Below, in pieces: positions 15,201 to 29,141 of a stretch of 64,000 nt of DNA (positions are counted from its first letter, which is position 1; each line of letters starts with the position of its first letter). The notes beneath the pieces are model-generated. The model ran no database searches and was not told the DNA's origin. It saw only the letters and a program-made list of their open reading frames with translations. Source of the DNA: Octopus vulgaris (lineage: Eukaryota); assembly GCA_951406725.2 (NCBI GenBank), contig OX597839.1:2232001-2296000 (forward strand), given 5' to 3'. A program made the translations under genes and the position numbers.

Positions 15201-15423
15201 CTTTACTACCCACAAGGGGCTAAACACAGAGGGGACAAACAAGGACAGACAAAGGGACTAAGTCGACTACATCGACCCCAGTGCGTAACTGGTACTTAAT
15301 TTATCGACCCCGAAAGGATGAAAGGCAAAGTCGACCTCGGCGGAATTTGAACTCGGAACGTAACGACAGACGAAATACGGCTACGAATTTCGCCCGGCGT
15401 GCTAACGTTTCTACCAGCTCGCC
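15197..15423 (-). mobile_element. Full-length SINE B
   Basis: Tail through tRNA-like head (gctaacgtttctaccagctcgcc). Confidence 0.9.
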
Positions 15424-15851
15424 GTATGTTTGTATGTATGTACACCCGCGCACACACGACATACATACTCATACACACATACACACGCACACGCATAAAT
15501 AGTTGAAAAGAAAAACGGAAACGGCATGAAAGCGTTTAAACATTATTTTATATTTGTTACGTTGAGTGGCTTTTATCAAAATACTACCGCTTTCGAAGCG
15601 GTAATGTCCGTCTTATCAAATATTAAAAATTCAATAATTTTTTATTTTCTTATTCCCTAATTTTTGACTTTCAGTTTTTGATCGGACAGACGTTAGCATC
15701 GAAACCGTTAATATCTTATAAAAGTCACTTAATGCAAGAATTTTAAAACAATCTTTAGACATAGTTTCATGCTGAAACCATTTTTTTCTTTTTAACTGTA
15801 ACTTTTGATTTGTATGGATTCTTCACCCCTTTTCTACTATGTATAATTATG

Positions 15852-15908
<57 letters not shown>

Positions 15909-16184
15909 TATATATATATATATATATAACATTTACATAATATTGAGAGGTTGTATTCGTATCTTAGTAATTAGAGTAAATATTGTCAGGCCGCCAACAC
16001 TGTACCATTATTTAAATTAGTTGTCTTGGAACGTTCCTGTTTGCATATTAATAAGCATTTTATTTTTGCTACTATGCCAGAAGATGTGGAAGGAGATGTG
16101 AGGGAATCCTAAAAACGAAATCTATCACTCCTTTTTTTTTACCTCCCACTCTAGCAAAATTTCACCCCACTCCCTCATGGCGAG

Positions 16185-16223
<39 letters not shown>

Positions 16224-16224
<1 letters not shown>

Positions 16225-17090
16225 TAGCAGAAATACCCGGCGTTACCTGTGTTAAAGAAAATAATGAAATTTACAAATGCCGTCTAGATTACGCAGGTCT
16301 CAACTACTAATAGCTGATATACCAACTTTCTAGATTAATAACTCTCCAACCCATGCCAGCATGGAATTTAGACGTTAAGTGAAATGTTAAAAGAAAATTT
16401 TCAACTCATATATGTATAGAAAGTAAATACATGTAATTCAAAAACACGTTTTGTGTAACTTATTTCGTAACCGAAAAATAGGAAGAGATTATAAACAATG
16501 AAAGGCCGAGTTTGGTGATTCATTTGACAGAGAGCCAATCCGATGATTAATCTGATCGTGGATCTTGAAAGTTTGCAAGAATCCCGGTTCAGTTAAATCT
16601 CTTGTGACTCCAAATGTGGTCATCTGTAGTGCAGCGTTGTATTGTCTGATTTTGTTTTGGAAGCGCTTGGAATCTTGGTCAGTTGATGACAACAGTTTCT
16701 TCAATGGCTCTGGAGGTTAGTGGATTGCAGGAAGTTTAACCTTTCCACCACTGTAGCACAGTGCAGGTGTCTCTCAAGGCCACTTCCTTGCTTTACAATG
16801 TATGCACTCAGTTGTCATTTGCACCAATGGAAACTCTAGTGTCATCTGCATAATGAACTGCTGGATCATAACTGAAAGCTGTTTCATAGAAGTCGCTTCT
16901 CCGAGCTGTTGCAACTGCTCTTCGTTCTGCAGTGGAGATCCTATTCCCTGTCAGTCGTGGATACCTCTGTTCATCACTTTGAGATGCTCTTGCTTTTGTA
17001 GTGCACAGTATGTTCGTTTTTTTTTTTTTTTTGTATGCTTCCCTTTCTGCAGCAATCTCTCTTTCCCTGGTCAGAGACATTCTTTTGTGG
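16224..17090 (-). mobile_element. Helitron, internally deleted
   Basis: The 3' end CTAG|T is preceded by a GC-rich hairpin remnant (aacgccggg). Minus-strand peptides C..CKARKWP.ETPALC.SGGKVKLP and FQNKIRQYNAALQMTTFG...TFKIHDQINHRIGSL match the N-terminal part of Helitron Rep/helicase. Confidence 0.88.
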
Positions 17091-17096
17091 AAAACT

Positions 17097-17178
<82 letters not shown>

Positions 17179-18189
17179 GTTGTGTAGAGTAGGCAAATTG
17201 CTTGAAAACACAGAAATCAATGTTGTCTGTTCTGTCCCTGTTCTGCTGCGTTCTACGCTTGTAATTTCGATTCAAGATCAATAACAGAAGTACGACACTT
17301 GGGTAAATAAATAATTGAAAACAGAAATAAATGAATACAACAAAACCAAAAACATAAAACAATGAAATAAGTAATAAGCATAAAACGTCTGGACATATTC
17401 TTGACGTTTCGAGTTTGTAGGTCGTCTGCAGCATTTTGATTGGCTGCCACATATAGGTATGCTCCTCCATTAATAATAACTGGCAGACGTTCATTATTTA
17501 TTTATTGGCTTCTTTATTTTTTCCGTTTTTTTATTTTTTTTTATTTTTTAGAAAAGTGGACATCTTTATTTCAAACGTATCAAATGTCAAGTCCACGTTA
17601 AAGCCTCTACTCCGTTAGTCGGCCAGCTAGAAGTATCAGCCAAATTTTCCTTAAATCTTATATCAAATTAATTTTTATTCTTTTTTTTTTTTGTGTGTAT
17701 TTTCATTTTGTATGCTTCAGTCATTGGACAGCGGCCATGCTTGAGCACTGCCTTGAAATGTTTGTTGAGTCGAACATATTGACTCCAGCCCGGTCCTTAT
17801 CGTATCTGCAATAAGCCTAGTGCTTATTGTGTCTGTTATTTTCTTTTTTGGCGAACCGCTAAGTTTCAGAGGACCTAAAGAAAACAAAACCGGTTTTCAA
17901 TCGATGTACTGTGGACAAACACAAAGATGACGCCAAACATTGTTACTTGATACTAACACACGGACGTAGCAGAGAATCTACAAAAATTTCTAAGACCAGT
18001 CATGTGACAATCCTCTACCAATCAAACCCTATTCAAAACATGTATTAATTTGAGCTATGAACTCCCTCTAAAAATAGGGCAAGCTACAAACACTTGTCAG
18101 AAGCAAGACAGCTGTGACATAAGCCACGTTTTTTCTATTTAAACTTTTTGAAAATCAGTGTAAATTGTGAAACCGGTTAAATCTTTCAA

Positions 18190-18249
<60 letters not shown>

Positions 18250-18269
18250 TATATATGTATATATATATA

Positions 18270-18474
18270 GTTAATCCAAACATGAACAAAGAGAAAACAC
18301 AACAACGCGAGGACATGGAATAAGTATAGTGTTATTGGACGCTCAGGAAAGGAAAGAAAGAAGGAGGATTTAACGTTTCGAGTGGAGCTCTCCGTCAGAA
18401 GTATAGAAAAAAAGAAAAAATCCAAAGAAGGGAAGACGGAGAAAGAAAATCGCCAACAACGATACACACGCGGT

Positions 18475-18478
<4 letters not shown>
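18270..18478 (-). mobile_element. PLE-type terminal repeat with degenerate hammerhead motif
   Basis: The island lies between (TA)n arrays. Minus strand reads CTGACGG-A-GAG-ctcca-CTC-GAAA-CGTT. A related remnant is at 20745-20830 (+). Confidence 0.65.
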
Positions 18479-18539
<61 letters not shown>

Positions 18540-18541
<2 letters not shown>

Positions 18542-19050
18542 CAAATATTGCATAAAAAACAGTAGACGACAAGACAAAAACCTAAAGAAACATCTAACAA
18601 GAGCGAAATTCTCTTCGGAAACTAAAACAGAATTCTTTGCAAAAGAGTGCGGAGATGGTAGATGTGGGATCTGCAGCAACTCCACCTACAAATATATAGA
18701 GGGAGACAAAAGACAAAGAGATGGAATTTTAAAATGGTTACGTATTTAAAGTAAATGCAGATATGAACTGCAAGACGCAAAACGTTATATACTGCATAAC
18801 CTGCCCCACGTTCAAGGAGGATTACATAGGTGAAACTGGTAATTCTTTGTGCCAGCGAGTCAGGATTCACCGACAACATGTTCGGCAGGAAGAACTACGC
18901 AAGATACCACTAAGTACACACCTAGCTACGTGTGGAGAAGGAAAATGTTAGATCTTTCCCTTCTACAAATGTCCGAAGAACGACACCTCTTTCAGGAGGA
19001 ATATGGAAAAATATTTCATAGCTAAGTTCTCCCCAAAATTAAATGGCTGA
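18540..19050 (+). mobile_element. Penelope-like element 3' coding fragment (GIY-YIG endonuclease)
   Basis: Reads RRQDKNLKKHLTRAK...KECGDGRCGIC, then NCKTQNVIYCITCPTFKEDYIGETG..L.QRVRIHR...RRNMEKYFI.KF.PKLN*. Confidence 0.9.
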
Positions 19051-19102
19051 AAATATCTCTATAATAAGCTGTACTAGATGAAGGACCAAACTTGCTAAGT
19101 AA

Positions 19103-19110
19103 ACTGTATT

Positions 19111-19145
<35 letters not shown>

Positions 19146-19669
19146 TCTACACATGTTTTGGTTTTTGAAAATACAACATTGAACTATCCTAATAATTGAA
19201 TGAAACTATTTCACTTTAATTTGTGGAACCAGTTATTCCTGTATGATAAAACTTAATATTTATTTAACTGTCAATCAGTGAGAAATTAGACTAAATCAAT
19301 TGAAGATCAGACAACAGACTCAGTAGTTGTCAATTTGTATTCTATCATTTGTAAATTCAACACAAGAAAGCCTCTTTTTCAAGTATGGACTGTATTAAAC
19401 ACACACACACACACACAGAGTTCTACACATGCTTTGATTTTTGGAAAATACAACATTGAACAAAGGATATTCCAACATTTGAATGAAACCATTTCACTTT
19501 GATTTGTGGAACCAGTTGTTCCTGTATGATAACACTTAATATCTATTTAATCAGTGAGATATTAGACTTAATCAGTTGAAGGTCAGACAACAGAATCAGT
19601 AGTTGTCGGTTTGTATTCTGTCATTTGTAACCTCAACACAGGAGAGTCTCTCTTTTTCAAGTATGGACT
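19103..19669. repeat. ~285-bp tandem direct duplication
   Basis: Copy 1 is 19103-19388 and copy 2 is 19389-19669. Both begin actgtattaaac(ac)n and end tctttttcaagtatgg, with scattered substitutions. Confidence 0.9.
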
Positions 19670-19953
19670 TTATGAAATTTTATTCATCATACATTGAAGA
19701 ACAAATCTTTCAATTTACAATTTAATATAGTAGAACATTTAGTATATGTGTGTATATGTATATATATACATATATATATATATATTACCTGTTATATACA
19801 TTATATTATTTTTGCAATTTACTTAATCTTTACTTTTTAATTGTCATTTTAATTTTAACTTTTCTATGATAAGCAATTTTCTAGATGGTGTAATTTAATT
19901 GTTCATTTTGAATCGATAAAAGGTGTTTTTTTTCTAATATTTTATGTATAAGC

Positions 19954-19989
<36 letters not shown>

Positions 19990-20055
19990 GTATAAATATC
20001 AACACAATTTTTCTCCTTTTTTTCCTCTCTTCCCTTCTCCAAACTCACAGACACC

Positions 20056-20108
<53 letters not shown>

Positions 20109-20669
20109 CCACAAAACAATCATAAAAAGAATTCTTCTTCTCTAAACCCAAAAAAACATTTGACCATCCCTCATTAAACACACACACACACACTCTCACA
20201 ATGATAAAAAGAAATATAATTTGTGGTCTACCTACCCGCCACCACACACTCGGGGACACTGTGAAATGGTCAAAACTGAAATTCTTTTTTCCCAAGATCT
20301 TAGACCCACCTTGGAGTCAATATCCTGTCCAGCAGACCAAAAAAATTCTTTTCTTCTTCTTCCCTCTCCCTTCCCCTCTTTTTCTTTAACACTCATCTCA
20401 AATACAAAAACACACACACACGCACACACACATACACACATGTTCTCTCTCTCACTTTCTCCTCATCCATCACCCTCTTGTACTGTCTTATATTCCTCCC
20501 CACCACTACAAACTCAATACCACTATAGAATGGTCAAAACTTCACAAAACCCCACTAGAATGGGAAAAAGCGCCAATACATGATCTAAGTTATATGATAT
20601 ATAAAAAATGTAATATACAAATAAATATCTGTAAATATAAACCATCCGATTTTCTGAGTACCTCATTTC

Positions 20670-20713
<44 letters not shown>

Positions 20714-21064
20714 CATACATACGCGTATGTGTGTATGTATAAATAAGCGTAGGCTCGAAATGTCGAAGACTTCTATTTTTTCTGAGCGTCAAAATAATAC
20801 TTGTTTGGTATTCATTCACTTGTCCCTGTCTTTTACTATTTTTTTTGTGCGGGGGGGGGGCTTTTTTGTATAGTTTTGAACAATATGTATTGTCTTCATT
20901 GTGGATTAACAATGCTAAGATTGCTTTCATGCAAGAAAAGTTGCAATTTTCGAGCGTTCTACTTAAAAATGTTGATAATCCGTCTCCATGCTGGATAAGG
21001 CTACCTTTATTCTATTTGCTACTATGGTGTATATATATATACATATACATATATATGTGTGTGA

Positions 21065-21136
<72 letters not shown>

Positions 21137-21170
21137 GTATGTATATATATATGCATGTATATGTATATAT

Positions 21171-21226
<56 letters not shown>

Positions 21227-21235
21227 GTATGTGTA

Positions 21236-21294
<59 letters not shown>

Positions 21295-21729
21295 ATGTGT
21301 ATATATATGTATGTATGTATATATGTATATGTATGTATGTGTGTGTATGTGTATTGTCTCTCTACATTTGCGCGTGAGTGAATGATAATTCAATTTTCTC
21401 TTCGTCTTCCATCAATTATGTCTTCCCGCAGCGTCTCGTGTAAAGAAATATATATCAACAACAATAACAGTAGCTACAACAACAACAACAAGAACAACAG
21501 AAGCAACAACGACAACGGCAACAGCAACAACAGCAGCAGCACCACCAACAAGAACAACAAGAACAACAACAAATTTCTTTTTGTGATGCGAAGTGAAAGA
21601 ATTGTTCCTTGATTCCAAAATAATCTTTCCTACTTTTATAGCAAAGAAAAGTGCGGATAAAGAGAAGGGATGTGTGGGGGGTGAGAGAAAGAGAATGAGA
21701 AAGAGAGGGAGGGACAGAGAGAAAGCAAC

Positions 21730-21764
<35 letters not shown>

Positions 21765-21825
21765 AGCAGACTGTGTATTGTCGGCTCTGTATTCTACTGT
21801 TAAAGTTTCCAATGAAACAAGAGAT

Positions 21826-21865
<40 letters not shown>

Positions 21866-21909
21866 GTAAAATCCCTTTTAGTTCCTAATACATCCGTTTC
21901 TGTGAGGAA

Positions 21910-21973
<64 letters not shown>

Positions 21974-22038
21974 TAATAATAATAATGATAATAATAAATA
22001 ATAATAAATAATAATAATAAATAATAATAATGATGATG

Positions 22039-22129
<91 letters not shown>

Positions 22130-22395
22130 CAATGATGATGATGATGATGATAGTAATTGTTACTACTAAACCTACTACTACTACCATTACTACTAACAAC
22201 ACAGACAACCATTAATGGAATATGGAACCAGAAGAAAAAAGGCAAAAACAGCAAAAAATACACAGCTCGTACCCAGGGCGCTAAGCTTTGCGCTACGCTC
22301 TATAGTGCAGTAAAAAGCACGCAATTAAATGAAAAAAAAGACAACCAAATAATAATAATGATAATGATGGTGGTGGTGGTGGTGGTTGCAGTATA

Positions 22396-22494
<99 letters not shown>

Positions 22495-22855
22495 AAGAAT
22501 TCATCATCATCAGCAGCAGCAGCTTTGTTATATTATTATTGTTGTGATTATTATTATTACTATTATTATTGTTATTGTTATTAAGCAGTCCTTTTTTTTA
22601 ATTTCGTGCTTTCACTCCAAAAAATATTGTAATAATGACAATGATAATAATAACAATAATAATAACAATAATAATATTAATAAAAATAATAACGATAATA
22701 AAAATAATAATATCCATAATAATAATAATAATAATGATGATAAAAATAATAATAACAATAATAATAACAATAATAATAACAATAATAATAACAACAACAA
22801 TAATAATAATAACAATAATAATATTATTAATAATAATAACAACAATAATAATAAC

Positions 22856-22911
<56 letters not shown>

Positions 22912-23128
22912 TAATAATAATAATGATTAAAATAATAATAATAATAATGATAAAAATAATAATAATAATGATAATAATAATAATAATAATAATAATGATA
23001 ATAATAAAAATAATAATAATAATGATTAAAATAATAATAATAATAATGATAAAAATAATAATAATAATGATAATAATAATAATAATGATAATAATAATAA
23101 TAATATTAATAATAATAATAATGATAAA

Positions 23129-23189
<61 letters not shown>

Positions 23190-23190
23190 T
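21910..23190. repeat. Long (AAT)n/(ATT)n microsatellite field
   Basis: Direct reading of the sequence. Confidence 0.95.
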
Positions 23191-23389
23191 GACAAAACTA
23201 ATAACTGTAATGGAAGATTTTTATGCAATTTCCTTTTGTAATTGTGTTGTGTAAACACTTAGGTAAGAGAATGCATAAATGAATGGTTGCTTCGTTGGTT
23301 GCGTGATAGGTGCGCGTTGCGTGCCTGACTACATGTGTGTGTGGTGTGTGTGTGCGCGCGTATGCGTGTGTGCGTGTGTGTGTGTGTGT

Positions 23390-23446
<57 letters not shown>

Positions 23447-24194
23447 CGTATTCGTATGGGAATCGTATTGGGTTTTCTGTTAGATGATATTTCAATCGGC
23501 TTTAACATATCTCCATATATAATAAACACGGTACGATAGATATGTAAATGCGGGCGCATGTACGTGTGTGCACGTTGCGTGTATGCGTGATGACGTTTAT
23601 CAGTGGATATCTATCTATCTATCTGGTTATCTACACACACATCAATTTATATACATTATTTTGAAGGCATAATTACCCTATTTCTACTCAACCCACACAA
23701 ACACACACAAACACACACACACTCATACACACACACACACACACACACACAAAGGAGTATGCAAATTGGAGCAAAACAAGGTGGAGAAAATAGTACTCGA
23801 ATACCAAAAGCAGAGTAAAATATTATTTTATTAAAACTGGAAAAATCACGGGTTTCTCGTGACCGTTCATCAGACAATTGCAATAACACCGAACAATTAA
23901 ATGAGGTGAGTTTATATATAATATCATATAATGTAATATGATATACTATATTATAATGTAATATAATGTATGGGAGCGCAGTCGTAGCTGTGTGGAGGCG
24001 AGGATGTGGCCGTGTATGTTTACGGTGTGTTTATGTCGTTTAGCAGTTCGACAAAAGTGACCGATAGAATAAGTACTAGGCTTACAAAACATAGGCCCTG
24101 GGGTCAATTTCTTCGACTAACGCCCTTTAAGGTGATGCTCCAGCATGGCCGAAGCCAAATGACTGAAACAAGTAAAGGAATAAAAGAATATATG

Positions 24195-25120
24195 CATGGC
24201 TGTGTGTTAAGTAGATTGCTTACGAATCACATGGTTCCGGGTTCAGTTCCACTGCGTGGCACCTTGGGCAAGTGTCTTCTACTATAGTTTCAGGCCGACC
24301 AAAGCCTTGTGAGTTGATTTGGTTAATGGAAACTGAAAGAATCCCGTATGTTTATGTGTCTGTGCTTGTCCCACCGCCATCGCTTGACAACTGCTCGTCC
24401 ATTATTTCAACAGATTTCAACAGCTCCTTCTCATAAGACGTAAGCTCCGAGGAAGTGAGGTTTTCATATTCCATCATTAATTAGAACACCGCTCTCTGGT
24501 TTTGCAAAGCAAGACGAAAAATAATTCTTTGTGGTAATGTGATTGTTTAAAGCGTAGGCGGTATGATTCTTCGAAGGGAGAAAGCGTCAATTGACCGCTG
24601 TAAGGCAGCCAAACAAGTGTAACAAAGTGGTAAAAAAACACGAAACAATTTTAAAGATAAACGATAACACTCACGTACGTTAATGCTGTGCAAGCAAACC
24701 AATCCTGTAACGATAGAATCGTGACTTCCAGCACGAACTAACTCGCCACGTGGGCAACAGTAGTCTTCATAGTTTGCCCACACCGTAAAAAGCGCGCCAG
24801 AAAAATTATACCGCCTTTCAACAATCACATGACCACAAAGAATTATTTTTTCGTCTTCTTTTGTAAAACCAGAGAGCGGTGTTCTAATTCGCGTCGCACG
24901 AACAAGAAATTATCCGAATATGACTTTTCGTTCGTAACAGTTGACAGCCAAAGTTGTTTACTGCGTCCCCTTAACTTTGCGGTTCGGCGAGCGAGACTGA
25001 TAGAATAGTACCAGACTTTAAAATAAATACTAGGATCGATTTGTTTGACTAAACCCGCCATGGCGTTGCCCCATCATGGCTGCTGTCCAATGATTGAAAC
25101 AAGTATCAGATAAAAGAATA
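24195..25120 (+). mobile_element. SINE A interrupted by a ~550-bp insertion
   Basis: Head 24195-24345; the tail is split at ttgacaac (24384) / ttgacagc (24941). Confidence 0.7.
24479..24889. mobile_element. MITE-like element with ~88-bp inverted repeats
   Basis: aattagaacaccgctctctggtttt... (24479-24571) pairs with ...aaaaccagagagcggtgttctaatt (24802-24889). Confidence 0.8.
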
Positions 25121-25176
25121 TAGTTTTATTTTCATTGTCTAAATATTTCACATGACATCTCGTTCTTCGCCCAACT

Positions 25177-25900
25177 CAGTTTTCTCAACCAGGGTCCATA
25201 TAAGATTGTTTGGGGTTCGCGCAAGCAAAATAGTATATTGGGGGATCCACGGTAGTTGTATATGAATGGTGTGGAGGTGCAATGGCCCAGTGGTTAGGGC
25301 AGCGGACTCGCGGTCGTAGGATCGCGGTTTCGATTCCCAGACCGGGCGTTGTGAGTGTTTATTGAGCGAAAACACCTAAAGCTCCACGAGGCTCCGGCAG
25401 GGATGGTGGTAATCCCTGCTGTACTCTTTCACCACAACTTTCACTCTTACTTCCTGTTTCTGTTGTATCTGTATTTCAAAGGGCCGGCCTTGTCACTCTC
25501 CGTGTCACGCTGAATATCCCCGAGAACTACGTTAAGGGTACACGTGTCTGTGGAGTGCTCAGCCACTTACACGTTAATTTCACGAGCAGGCTGTTCCGCT
25601 GATCGGATCAACCGGAACCCTCGTCGTCGTAACCGACGGAGTGCTTCCATCCATATGAATGGCTCATGAAAGACTTTCGATTTAGATGTATTTATTGCAA
25701 GAAACAGCCATTTTTTTCTCAAATGTTTTACATAGTGCAACTTACACAAGTTGATATTAAAAAAAAAAAATATGAATTTTGAGAGAAGTATCTATAAAAC
25801 CAGTTTTTAAATATTGAATGGTTATGTAGAGAAGTCCACCTGAATAAAATAGTAACGAAAAGCGTTCATAAGTAAAAAAAAAAATGGTTGAGAACCATTG
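25177..25900. mobile_element. hAT (Charlie-like) MITE containing a SINE D insertion
   Basis: Termini cagttttctcaacc / ggttgagaaccattg. The 8-bp flanks gcccaact / gtctaact match at 6 of 8 positions. Confidence 0.7.
25273..25645 (+). mobile_element. Full-length tRNA-derived SINE D with target-site duplication
   Basis: A box TGGCCCAGTGG, B box GTTTCGATTCC. TSD atatgaatgg at 25260-25269 and 25653-25662. Confidence 0.92.
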
Positions 25901-26039
25901 GTCTAACTCCAGGTCTCCTGCCATTTGGTTCGGCTTGATGAATCCGTCTTTCAATTCTTTTTACATGTCTGTAGTGCCAAGAACTGTTACCTTTCAATAC
26001 GGGAAAGTAGCTCCTCGGCCTACAAAACTCCCATAATCT

Positions 26040-26217
26040 ATTTCTTTACTACCCACAAGGGGCTAAACACAGAGGGCACAAACAAGGACAGACAAACGGA
26101 TTAAGTCGATTATATCGACCCCAGTGCGTAACTGGTACTTATTTAATCGACCCCGAAAGGATGAAAGGCAAAGTCGACCTCGGCGGAATTTGAACTCAGA
26201 ACGTAGCGACGGGCGAA
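26040..26217 (-). mobile_element. 5'-truncated SINE B with 18-bp TSD
   Basis: acaaaactcccataatct at 26022-26039 and 26218-26235. Confidence 0.92.
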
Positions 26218-26653
26218 ACAAAACTCCCATAATCTCCGAACTACGCATCCTGTCGAGTAACGCTTGTATTCGCTTGTCTTTGTCGAAGTGAATGTCAAGA
26301 ACAAAACAATATTCCTAAATAGGAATTTTAAAAAGAAGAATTTTTATAGGTGATAACGAGGGAATGTAATTTTAACATACTAAGCGACGTGGCTGTAATC
26401 GGTAACGATAGAGCTCTGTCAAAAATTGAAAAATGACACAGCTTAAATAATATTAGGCAGGCATCGGTGAACATCGACGTTCCAGAGGGGAAAAAGCGAT
26501 TTGCACGAAATGTCGTCGACTATTTTTTTTGTCAGGCGACCTGTAAAATAAAATAGCTAAATTTTTGGATTTTGTTTTCACTTTTAGCCATTATTTTAAC
26601 ATATAAAAGAATACACTACATATATATATCTGTGTGTGTGCATATGTGTGGTT

Positions 26654-26822
<169 letters not shown>

Positions 26823-27110
26823 ATATGCGTGTGTGCATATTTATATATATATACACACATGTGCATGTGTATGAATGACAGGAAAATAACTGCAAAAATG
26901 TACAAATGTGTGTATGTGTGTGTGTGTGTGTGTATGCTGAAATTTTACCATTTAAAAATGCTATATATAAAACCTAAAAATATACATATAGATATGACAT
27001 GCACAAACATGTAAGTATATGCGTAGATGCTCGTCTGTGCATACATATATGTGTGTATACCTATGTGTATGAGCATATGTGTGTGTGAGCGTGTCTATGT
27101 GTATGCGTGC

Positions 27111-27154
<44 letters not shown>

Positions 27155-27409
27155 AACACTAAAGGTTATGTATTGCCAGAACATTCTTATCACATCGCCT
27201 TAGCAATATGAAATACGATTACATATTTTTGTTTATAAAAGTTTAAAATCCCTCGTGAATGGCATCAGGAAGCTGTTGCTTGCTTTTTTTCTCATTAGAA
27301 ATTCTATTTCCATTTATGAAAACAAAGAACGTCACGTCAGATCAGTCAAGTGACCTTTGACATACCATCTGATCTGAATAACTGATTCAGACACACGTAC
27401 ACACAACAC

Positions 27410-27490
<81 letters not shown>

Positions 27491-27664
27491 CATACACACA
27501 AACGCGCGCACGCACGTACGCAAATAAGTAAACACATTCCTACGTACTTTCTTTTTCTCTTTCCTTTTAAAATAGCCGGAATCAAGAAAATCTCTCAGTG
27601 GTTGTTCGATTTGCTAGAAATATCAGCAAAATCTCCATCGAATGCCATTCTATCACCTTCACAA

Positions 27665-27716
<52 letters not shown>

Positions 27717-27729
27717 GTATGTATGTATG

Positions 27730-27764
<35 letters not shown>

Positions 27765-28147
27765 AACCTTTACATAAATAAATAACATGAAATACACGAA
27801 GGGACGAACAAAAAGACAAACGGGTCATTCAAAGCCTTCATTCTTCAGTCAGAAACTGATCCCTCATCGCAGATTTCGGCTGTTTAATTCTGAGATCCGC
27901 TCTTAATCAGCCAGCCACAGAAGGAAAGAATGCAACGCAACAAAGACGAACATGAAACGAAAAATCTTTTTTTGGAGACAGTAACGGTTAAAAACATGGA
28001 TGACACAGGCGCCCAACGGCTTTGAGACAAAAAGAGAGACGCAAAAACAATATCAGCAAGCGTGGAAAAATAATTACCTTTTCGGTGATAAGACATATGT
28101 ATATATGTATATATATATATATGTATATATGTATATATATATGTATT

Positions 28148-28227
<80 letters not shown>

Positions 28228-28252
28228 CATACATACATACATACATACATTC

Positions 28253-28321
<69 letters not shown>

Positions 28322-28892
28322 CATATATATCAAGCACTTTTACTAGGATGGGTGACAATGACAACGACGTTTCGAGCAGTCTGGCGAAGGATAGCAAGCC
28401 GAAACTTCGAAGTCACTATCACCTCGCCTTTTGAAAAAGTATAATAAATATGTTCTCTGCAAAGAAAGAAGCATTGAGTTGTTCTTCGGCTTAATGTTAA
28501 ACTGTATATAATTCGGCATAAAAAAACAAACATTGATGTATATGTATTTACATATGCACATGCGCACGCACACAGTACTTACACACACACATACACACAC
28601 GCACACGCTTACACACTTACACACATACAAATGTGTTGTTACATGTAGAAGCAGACTTTAATTGAAGGATCGCTAAATACAATTACTTAGAGAATGCCAT
28701 TTATTTTCATAAAGAATATATTAATAGTGCCTTTCAATAAGTTACATACATATACATACACACACACATACACATATATATATATATATATATGCACATA
28801 CATATAAAGATACATACATATATATATGCGGACATACGATGGCGCGCGCGCACACACAAGGTCGAGAGGAGGGGTTTTCGAGGATACTTAAT

Positions 28893-29104
28893 GTTCTTTT
28901 ACTTGTTTCAGTCATGTGACTGTGGCCATGCTGGAGCACCACCGTTAGTCGAGCAAATCGACCCCAGGACTTATTATTTATAAGCCTAGTACTTATTCTA
29001 TCGGCCTCTTTTGCCGAACCGCTAAGTTACGGAACGTAAGCACACCAGCTTCTGTTGTCAAGCGATGTTGGGGGAGACAAACACAGAAACACAAACATAT
29101 ACAC

Positions 29105-29141
<37 letters not shown>

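Noticed and set aside
19066-19100. ctagatgaaggaccaaac just after the PLE stop codon
   Set aside because: The position is suggestive but the motif is too degenerate to call.
25273-25345. Functional tRNA gene
   Set aside because: It continues into a multi-copy body with a TSD, so it is a SINE head.
27337-27377. Short hairpin tcagatcag/ctgatctga as a miRNA
   Set aside because: The stem is too short and I recognise no known mature miRNA.
27835-27930. Possible hammerhead (tcttcag...tttcggctg...cagcc)
   Set aside because: The core elements are in the wrong order for type I and stem I cannot form for type II. It is probably a repeat terminus, but unsupported as a ribozyme.
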